Assembly (NCBI GenBank): GCA_905214675.1 | Contig: CAJMMS010000002.1 | Location: 9,519-73,518, forward strand | Source of the DNA: an uncultured bacterium | GTDB taxonomy: Bacteria > Bacillota > Clostridia > Lachnospirales > Lachnospiraceae | Direction: 5' to 3' | DNA length: 64,000 nt | In this document: positions 57,586-64,000 of the stretch, piece by piece | How the letters are laid out: every line of letters begins with the position of its first letter | Position numbering within the stretch: position 1 is the first letter of the stretch | Program-made: the position numbers and the translations under genes | The notes under the pieces: generated by a model | The model's database searches: none | What the model saw: the letters and a program-made list of their open reading frames with translations, nothing else | Told to the model about the DNA's origin: nothing

Positions 57586-59676
57586 TTAGAGCTTTTTGCG
57601 GTCTGAATAAGCACCGTAGACTTTCTTTTTTCCGGATTTCAGATAGGCACGAATGCGGTAAGAGCTTCGTTTGCTGCCGGAACGGGAAACAGTGGCTTTC
57701 GTGATGCCTGCACGTTTGATGGTTTTGACTGTTTTCCATTTTTTACCGGAAGATTTGCAGGATATTTCATATCCGCTCACACCGGGGATCTTTTTCCAGG
57801 TCAGGACTGCTTTGGAACTGCCTTTCTTTTTACAACTGCGAAGAGTTGTTTTCGGAGGCAGTACCTTTTTGGATTTTGTTATGGAAACAGGGCTGTATAC
57901 CGTTCCATGGTAGCGGCTGGCAGCAAAAGCATAAATCCGGTAATAATAAGTTTTTCCTGGAATGGTATCCTTGTCCAGGTAGGAAGTCTGTGTGCTTTGG
58001 TGAATCAGCGTATAGCGGCCATTCCTGGATGTACTGCGGTAAATCTGATAACCATCTGCATAAGTGACACCCTGCCAGGTCAGACGCAGAGAACTGCTGT
58101 TGCGGACTTTGAGGCTCTGGAAGGCAGGTCTGGAAAGCCCGGAAATGTTTGGCAGTACCACAGTCGCAGGTTCGCTGGTATCGGTTGTAAATGCCTTGAT
58201 ACGGCAGTTCATGTCCTGATATCCAATGTCTTTCCATCCACTGGATGGTGTGCGGTAATAACTTTCTCCAAGAGCAGCTTTTGAACGGAACTGGATGGTT
58301 TCAAGCGTGCTGGAATTATCCACAAAGCAGGAAACCTGGCTGCTGGTTGGTGAAGAAAAAGAAACGACAACGGAATAAGAATCACCTTGGGCAAATACTA
58401 CTTTCTGCTGCAATGGAATGGTGTAATATCCGCAGTAAGTGGTTGTGCCAGTCTGTGCCTGGTCAAATACCGCGATTCCACCGGATGGATTACCGGAAGG
58501 CGGATTTTTGTAAATCTGGATCGCATACTGGACATTCGGGGATGCCACAGCAAAGGAAACTGCATCGAGCCGTTCCTGTCCGCCGGGATTTCCTTTGACG
58601 GTAAAAATGTTTGACATAGAAGAACCGGAGGCAAGCGTCATGTATGTGCAGGAAGCAGTGCCATCATACTGATAATTGTGCGAATAGTTGTTGCTGCTTT
58701 CCATGTCATAGGCAAAGACTAAAGACTGGGAAGATTCGTCGTCCTTTTGCTGGTAAATAAGACTGGCATCCTCATAGGAGATATAGAAGAAACCCTGATC
58801 TCCGAAGCTGCTGCCATAGCTGTTTTTGGCGATCCAGGCACCAGCCCTGGAAGGCCTGGAATTGTCTGGAAAGTTATTGATGGAATAATCATCATCCCAG
58901 CCGACCAGTGTGATCTGATGGTTGGCAACCAGACTTTTTTTGCAGTAGTAGGCATAAGTAGAAGCAGAGTAATACTTCGAGAAATCTGCATACAGCGGTG
59001 CAGATACAGAGCCATATTCTAAAATCAGTTTTTTGATGCTTTCACGGTCACTGCCGCTGACATAGCGGACATTCTGCAGGTGTCCGATATCCTGGTAAGC
59101 AAGGGAAGCATCCAGGGAAGGAGCCGTCGTATCCGAAGGATAGGGTGCCAGGGCTTCATTTGCAGCACCTGTCCATTTTGCCAGTGCAAACATGCTGCAG
59201 GCGTCCGTTCCGCCTGCATTTAAGTAATCAGAGCCATAGTAGATATTGGCATCGTTTTTTGTGCCGCCAAGCGGATCTGCCTGTGTATGGAAAAAGAAAT
59301 ACGAAAAATGCAGTTCCGATAGATCCAGGGTATAGTCATACAGTCCACGCCGGATCATGCTGTTCTCGCAGGCAGAAATAGCGGAAAATGCCCAGCAGGT
59401 CCCGTAAGGATTCTGGTCTCTGGCTGCGGTAACCAGCCCTTTATCGGCAGCATTGTAATAACGGTCCGAAATGGAAGCAGCTCCATGAAGGGAAGAATCC
59501 AGAAGAGAGGATTCATCTAATGTATCAGGAACAGATTCGTATGTGGACACGGCCGGGAGTGAAGGATGTAAAAGCGTTTCTTCTGCCTGGGCAGGGATGG
59601 ACGGAAGCGCGATGCCTGCCGTCAGACCAAGACCTAACAGAAAAGGGCGCAGAAAATTACTGGAAAAGCTTTTCAG
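57586..59676 (-). CDS. Secreted papain-family (C1) cysteine protease with lectin-like and Fn3-like domains; probable CTG start
   Basis: QNPYGTCWAF, NHQITLVGW, KNSYG catalytic motifs; YQYD lectin-like domain; two Fn3-like repeats; signal peptide ending AQA. Confidence 0.85.
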   Translation of the reverse strand: MKSFSSNFLRPFLLGLGLTAGIALPSIPAQAEETLLHPSLPAVSTYESVPDTLDESSLLDSSLHGAASISDRYYNAADKGLVTAARDQNPYGTCWAFSAISACENSMIRRGLYDYTLDLSELHFSYFFFHTQADPLGGTKNDANIYYGSDYLNAGGTDACSMFALAKWTGAANEALAPYPSDTTAPSLDASLAYQDIGHLQNVRYVSGSDRESIKKLILEYGSVSAPLYADFSKYYSASTYAYYCKKSLVANHQITLVGWDDDYSINNFPDNSRPSRAGAWIAKNSYGSSFGDQGFFYISYEDASLIYQQKDDESSQSLVFAYDMESSNNYSHNYQYDGTASCTYMTLASGSSMSNIFTVKGNPGGQERLDAVSFAVASPNVQYAIQIYKNPPSGNPSGGIAVFDQAQTGTTTYCGYYTIPLQQKVVFAQGDSYSVVVSFSSPTSSQVSCFVDNSSTLETIQFRSKAALGESYYRTPSSGWKDIGYQDMNCRIKAFTTDTSEPATVVLPNISGLSRPAFQSLKVRNSSSLRLTWQGVTYADGYQIYRSTSRNGRYTLIHQSTQTSYLDKDTIPGKTYYYRIYAFAASRYHGTVYSPVSITKSKKVLPPKTTLRSCKKKGSSKAVLTWKKIPGVSGYEISCKSSGKKWKTVKTIKRAGITKATVSRSGSKRSSYRIRAYLKSGKKKVYGAYSDRKKL

Positions 59677-60574
59677 GGTACATACCTCCTTTGACAAGTG
59701 CTGAAATGGAATCTGTCACATAGGCTTTGTCCTTGGCATATGTGACACCAAACCAGCGGTCACGTGTTTCAAGAACCTGCACATCAGCAAGTTGTTTTTT
59801 CAGCATTTCATCGACAACCGTCGGAAGCAGATATTCGCAGGTCAGGTCATCTGGTTTCTGGTTTGAAAGGAAAGTGACAAAATCCTGCTCCAGATAAGTA
59901 AGGATTTCCGGAGTGAATCCCCACATATTCATGGATACATGACTGTTCAGATCCAGAGAGCGGATACTGCCATCTTCGCCCGGAATGCAGGCACCGTCGG
60001 CCGTCTGGATGATATTGTGGGTTTCTGTGATGGAAGTAAGCAGTTCATTTTCATCAACCTGACAGATGCCTCTTGTAACGCCGCCGTTTTCGCTTAAGGT
60101 ATTGCCGAGGATAAAACCAGCCATACAGAAATGGAGCTTCTCATCATGGGCATGTTCCTGGATCAGAAAATCATGGACTTTTTTCAGACCTTTTTTTCCA
60201 TAATAATCATCGGCATTGATCACGGCAAATGGTGTGTCGATCACATCTTTGCAGCACAGCAGCGCCTGTCCGGTTCCCCACGGCTTTTTACGTCCTTCCG
60301 GAACCGAAAAACCGTCCGGAAGATCGGCAAGGCTCTGAAAGACATATTCCACTTCGGTAATCTGTTCGATGCGCTCACCGATGATGTGGCGGAAATCTTC
60401 TTCAATGTCTTTGCGGATGATAAAGATGATTTTGTTAAAGCCTGCCTCAATGGCATCATAGATGGAATAATCCATGATGATCTCACCGGAAGGGCCGACC
60501 GGGGCAAGCTGCTTGATGCCTCCGAAACGGCTGCCAATGCCGGCAGCTAAAATAACAAGTGCTGTTTTTTTCAT
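59657..60574 (-). CDS. Sugar-phosphate nucleotidyltransferase family protein
   Basis: LAAGIGSRFGGIKQ, KPWGTG, INADDYYG, SMNMWG, WFGVTY. Confidence 0.85.
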   Translation of the reverse strand: MKKTALVILAAGIGSRFGGIKQLAPVGPSGEIIMDYSIYDAIEAGFNKIIFIIRKDIEEDFRHIIGERIEQITEVEYVFQSLADLPDGFSVPEGRKKPWGTGQALLCCKDVIDTPFAVINADDYYGKKGLKKVHDFLIQEHAHDEKLHFCMAGFILGNTLSENGGVTRGICQVDENELLTSITETHNIIQTADGACIPGEDGSIRSLDLNSHVSMNMWGFTPEILTYLEQDFVTFLSNQKPDDLTCEYLLPTVVDEMLKKQLADVQVLETRDRWFGVTYAKDKAYVTDSISALVKGGMYPEKLFQ

Positions 60575-60707
60575 AAAATAAAATTCTCCTCTCAGATTTT
60601 CGTAAATTTGATGTTTAAGTAGAATGATTATAGCATACAAGAACAGGAAAAGAAAGCAAAAAAGACTTTACGATTCATTTGGCAGCAGACCAGATGCGCA
60701 TTTCCGG

Positions 60708-60736
60708 TTGAATATTCCTGTTTTTGATGTTATAAT
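60708..60736 (+). promoter_or_regulatory. Sigma-A promoter of the rml locus
   Basis: TTGAAT-17 nt-TATAAT with a TG extension. Confidence 0.7.
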
Positions 60737-60794
60737 GTAAAGAATCCGTATAGAAATAGGAAAAACGAACTGACTGATGGAGGTAAAAACAAAC

Positions 60795-61874
60795 ATGAGA
60801 ACGTATCTTGTAACCGGAGGTGCCGGTTTTATTGGTTCTAATTATATTCACTATATGTTTAAAAAGTACGGCGATGAGATCCGTATCATCAACGTAGACA
60901 AGCTGACGTATGCAGGCAATCTGGAAAACTTACGGGATGTGGAGAACCGTGACAATTACACTTTCGTAAGAGCAGATATCTGTGACAGCGATGCGATCAA
61001 CAAGATTTTTGATGAAAATGAAATCGACCGTGTTGTACATTTTGCGGCAGAAAGCCATGTAGACCGCAGCATCCGCAACCCGGAGGTTTTTGTAAAGACA
61101 AACGTACTTGGCACCCTGGTCATGCTCAATGCAGCAAAGGCAGCATGGGAGCTTGAGGACGGCACATTCAAGGCAGACAAGAAATTCCTGCACGTATCCA
61201 CAGATGAAGTTTACGGCTCTCTGGAGAATGAGGGTGAGTATTTCTATGAGACCACGCCTTACGATCCGCACAGCCCGTATTCTGCAAGCAAGGCTTCTTC
61301 CGATATGCTGGTAAAAGCTTATATGGATACTTATAAGTTCCCGGCAAATATCACAAACTGCAGCAACAACTACGGACCGTATCAGTTCCCGGAGAAACTG
61401 ATCCCGCTGATCATCAACAATGCATTAAACGGCAGAAAGCTTCCGGTATACGGTGATGGTAAAAATGTACGTGACTGGCTGTATGTAGAAGATCATGCCA
61501 AGGGCATCGATATGGTTCAGGAAAAGGGACGTTTATTTGAGACATACAACATTGGCGGACACAACGAAAAGCAGAACATTGAGATCATCCATATCATTCT
61601 GGACACTTTAAATGAGATGCTTCCGGACAACGATCCAAGAAAAGCACATATCAATGAAGAATTGATCACATATGTAGAAGACCGCAAGGGCCATGACCGC
61701 AGATATGCGATCGCACCGGACAAGATCAAAGCAGAGATCGGCTGGTATCCGGAGACGATGTTTGCAGAAGGCATCAAAAAGACGATCAAATGGTATTTTG
61801 AACACGAAGACTGGATGAAGAATGTGACAAGCGGCGATTATCAGAAATATTATGAGGAAATGTACCGCAAATAA
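60795..61874 (+). CDS. rmlB: dTDP-glucose 4,6-dehydratase
   Basis: [35 protein letters not shown]. Confidence 0.96.
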   Translation: MRTYLVTGGAGFIGSNYIHYMFKKYGDEIRIINVDKLTYAGNLENLRDVENRDNYTFVRADICDSDAINKIFDENEIDRVVHFAAESHVDRSIRNPEVFVKTNVLGTLVMLNAAKAAWELEDGTFKADKKFLHVSTDEVYGSLENEGEYFYETTPYDPHSPYSASKASSDMLVKAYMDTYKFPANITNCSNNYGPYQFPEKLIPLIINNALNGRKLPVYGDGKNVRDWLYVEDHAKGIDMVQEKGRLFETYNIGGHNEKQNIEIIHIILDTLNEMLPDNDPRKAHINEELITYVEDRKGHDRRYAIAPDKIKAEIGWYPETMFAEGIKKTIKWYFEHEDWMKNVTSGDYQKYYEEMYRK

Positions 61875-61888
61875 GAAAGGATAACCAT

Positions 61889-62758
61889 ATGAAAGGAATT
61901 ATATTAGCAGGCGGTTCCGGCACCAGACTGTATCCGCTGACCAAGGCGATCTCCAAACAGATCATGCCGGTATACGATAAACCGATGATCTATTATCCAT
62001 TATCAACGCTGATGCTGGCGGGAATCCGTGAGATCCTGATCATTTCTACCGAGCGTGACCTTCCGGTATTTGAGGAACTGCTCGGAACCGGTGAGCAGCT
62101 TGGACTTTCCATGTCCTATGCTGTACAGGATAAACCGCGCGGACTGGCAGATGCATTTATCATCGGAGCAGATTTTATCGGAGATGACAGCGTGGCACTG
62201 GTACTGGGAGACAATATTTTCTACGGACAGAGTTTTTCACAGGTGCTTGCACGTGCGGCAGCCAATAAAAAAGGTGCGACCATTTTCGGATATTATGTGC
62301 GTGATCCGAGAGAATATGGAGTAGTGGAGTTTGATGAAAACGGAAAGGCACTTTCCATCGAGGAGAAGCCGGAACATCCGAAGTCCAATTACGCCGTTCC
62401 GGGACTGTATTTCTATGATAATGATGTAGTAGAGATCGCAAAGAATGTAAAACCTTCCGCACGCGGTGAGATTGAGATCACCAGCATCAACAACGAATAT
62501 TTAAGAAGAGGAACGCTGAAGGTGGAGACACTTGGCAGAGGCTTCGCATGGCTGGATACCGGTACACACGATGCACTGCTGGATGCAGCGGATTTTGTTT
62601 CAGCATTCCAGAAACGTCAGGGACTTTATATTTCCTGCATCGAAGAGATTGCATATAAGAGAGGATTTATCACAAAAGAACAGCTTGTAGAACTGGCACA
62701 GCCGCTTCTCAAGACTGCTTATGGCCAGTATCTTCTGGAAATTGCAAAGGGACTTTAG
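61889..62758 (+). CDS. rmlA: Glucose-1-phosphate thymidylyltransferase
   Basis: [33 protein letters not shown]. Confidence 0.97.
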   Translation: MKGIILAGGSGTRLYPLTKAISKQIMPVYDKPMIYYPLSTLMLAGIREILIISTERDLPVFEELLGTGEQLGLSMSYAVQDKPRGLADAFIIGADFIGDDSVALVLGDNIFYGQSFSQVLARAAANKKGATIFGYYVRDPREYGVVEFDENGKALSIEEKPEHPKSNYAVPGLYFYDNDVVEIAKNVKPSARGEIEITSINNEYLRRGTLKVETLGRGFAWLDTGTHDALLDAADFVSAFQKRQGLYISCIEEIAYKRGFITKEQLVELAQPLLKTAYGQYLLEIAKGL

Positions 62759-62767
62759 GAGGAACTC

Positions 62768-63337
62768 ATGGGAAAGATCAAAGTAGAGACATGCGAGATC
62801 GAAGGACTGAAGGTGATCACACCGACGGTATTTGGCGATGAGCGTGGTTATTTTATGGAAACATATCAGTACAATGATTTTAAGGAAGCAGGTATTGATG
62901 TAAATTTTGTGCAGGATAATCAGTCTGCATCCAAAAAGGGTGTACTGCGCGGACTGCATTTCCAGATCAACTATCCGCAGGATAAGCTGGTACGCGTGAT
63001 CCGCGGGGAAGTATTTGATGTGGCAGTGGATCTGCGTCCGGGTTCTGCTACTTACGGTAAATGGTTTGGCGTACACTTAAGTGAAGAAAATAAGAAACAG
63101 TTCTTTATTCCAAAGAATTTTGCACATGGATTTGTGGTACTTTCCGATTATGCGGAATTTGTCTACAAATGCAGTGATTTCTATCATCCGAATGACGAAG
63201 GCGGCATCCGCTATGATGATGAGGATATTGCTGTAGAATGGCCGATTCCGGAGGGGATGGAACTGATCATGTCTGACAAAGACAAAAAGTGGGGCGGACT
63301 GAAAGAGTACAGTGCTTCACGTGCAGGAGAGCAATAA
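62768..63337 (+). CDS. rmlC: dTDP-4-dehydrorhamnose 3,5-epimerase
   Basis: FGDERGYF, VQDNQS, GVLRGLHFQ, FAHGF. Confidence 0.96.
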   Translation: MGKIKVETCEIEGLKVITPTVFGDERGYFMETYQYNDFKEAGIDVNFVQDNQSASKKGVLRGLHFQINYPQDKLVRVIRGEVFDVAVDLRPGSATYGKWFGVHLSEENKKQFFIPKNFAHGFVVLSDYAEFVYKCSDFYHPNDEGGIRYDDEDIAVEWPIPEGMELIMSDKDKKWGGLKEYSASRAGEQ

Positions 63338-63338
63338 T

Positions 63339-64000
63339 ATGAAAGAAAACCGGTCACTGCCCGCAGAACTTTTTGCGGGCAGAACATTGATTTTTCAGCT
63401 TGCGAGAAATGATTTTAAAAAGAAATATGCCGGTTCCTACCTGGGAATCGTCTGGGCGTTTGTACAGCCGGTTGTGACGGTTATGGTCTACTGGTTTGTT
63501 TTTGGTATGATAAGAAGTTCATCACCAAGGCCGGTACCATTCGTACTGTGGCTGATCGCCGGACTGATTCCCTGGTTCTTTTTTCAGGACGGACTGACGA
63601 ACGGAACGAATGCACTGCTGGAATACAACTATCTGGTCAAGAAGGTCGTATTCCGGATTGACATTCTGCCGATGGTCAAAGTCGTATCGGCGATGTTTGT
63701 ACATCTGTTTTTTATTCTGGTCGCCCTGATCCTGTATACTGCGATGGGATATTATCCGACCATCTATACCATTCAGGTGATCTATTACACGTTCTGTGCC
63801 TTTGTGCTGATCCTGGGGATTTCCTATATGACAAGCTCGGTCGTTGTCTTTTTCCGCGACCTCACACAGGTGATCAACATTGCGCTTCAGGTAGGCGTCT
63901 GGATGACACCGATCATGTGGGCAATGGAGGATCTTGGCATCACAGGCATACTTGCTTCCATCCTGAAGTTAAATCCGATGTTTTATATCGTGCAGGGATA
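63339..64000 (+). CDS. wzm: Polysaccharide ABC exporter permease (Wzm/RgpC-like), truncated by the window end; absent from the ORF track
   Basis: Hand translation MKENRSLPAELFAGRTLIFQLARNDFKKKYAGSYLGIVWAFVQP...YLVKKVVF...WMTPIMW...LNPMFYIV. Confidence 0.88.
   Translation, partial: MKENRSLPAELFAGRTLIFQLARNDFKKKYAGSYLGIVWAFVQPVVTVMVYWFVFGMIRSSSPRPVPFVLWLIAGLIPWFFFQDGLTNGTNALLEYNYLVKKVVFRIDILPMVKVVSAMFVHLFFILVALILYTAMGYYPTIYTIQVIYYTFCAFVLILGISYMTSSVVVFFRDLTQVINIALQVGVWMTPIMWAMEDLGITGILASILKLNPMFYIVQG

Overview
Chromosomal window from a Clostridia-type Firmicute. Gene content and codon style fit a Lachnospiraceae-like gut anaerobe (inference). It is densely coding and mostly on the + strand. I saw no rRNA, tRNA, CRISPR array or intact IS/prophage. 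In order, it contains: (1) the 3' end of a P-type ATPase, a GGDEF protein, an NlpC/P60 hydrolase, an M16C peptidase, and era-recO-lipoprotein-glyQS; (2) a PPi-type PFK next to ppdK; (3) a multi-HTH AraC regulator heading a putative cobalamin-type ECF uptake operon whose surface-protein gene is broken twice, then a radical SAM/SPASM gene and an orphan DUF4445 corrinoid-activator ATPase; (4) nrdD with NrdR boxes, a purF homolog lacking Cys1, fbp, an AGCS symporter with divergent LysR, and an internally deleted Rpn-like nuclease gene with an internal start; (5) a ~13 kb surface-glycan modification operon; (6) a RAT/BglG-controlled GlcNAc PTS-nagBA operon, a C1 protease and a nucleotidyltransferase; (7) the start of an rmlBAC-wzm locus. 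The best candidate for an undescribed system is the glycan operon. In it an acyltransferase, a GtrB-like GT2, a Wzx-type flippase and a YfhO GT-C enclose a mini-pathway of two ATP-grasp ligases, a 2-hydroxyacid dehydrogenase, a U32-like TIM barrel, a C-C lyase and a diverged two-subunit Fe-S hydratase. Several intergenic structured elements recur in the window with compensatory base changes. All family calls come from recognising motifs by eye; no database search was run.
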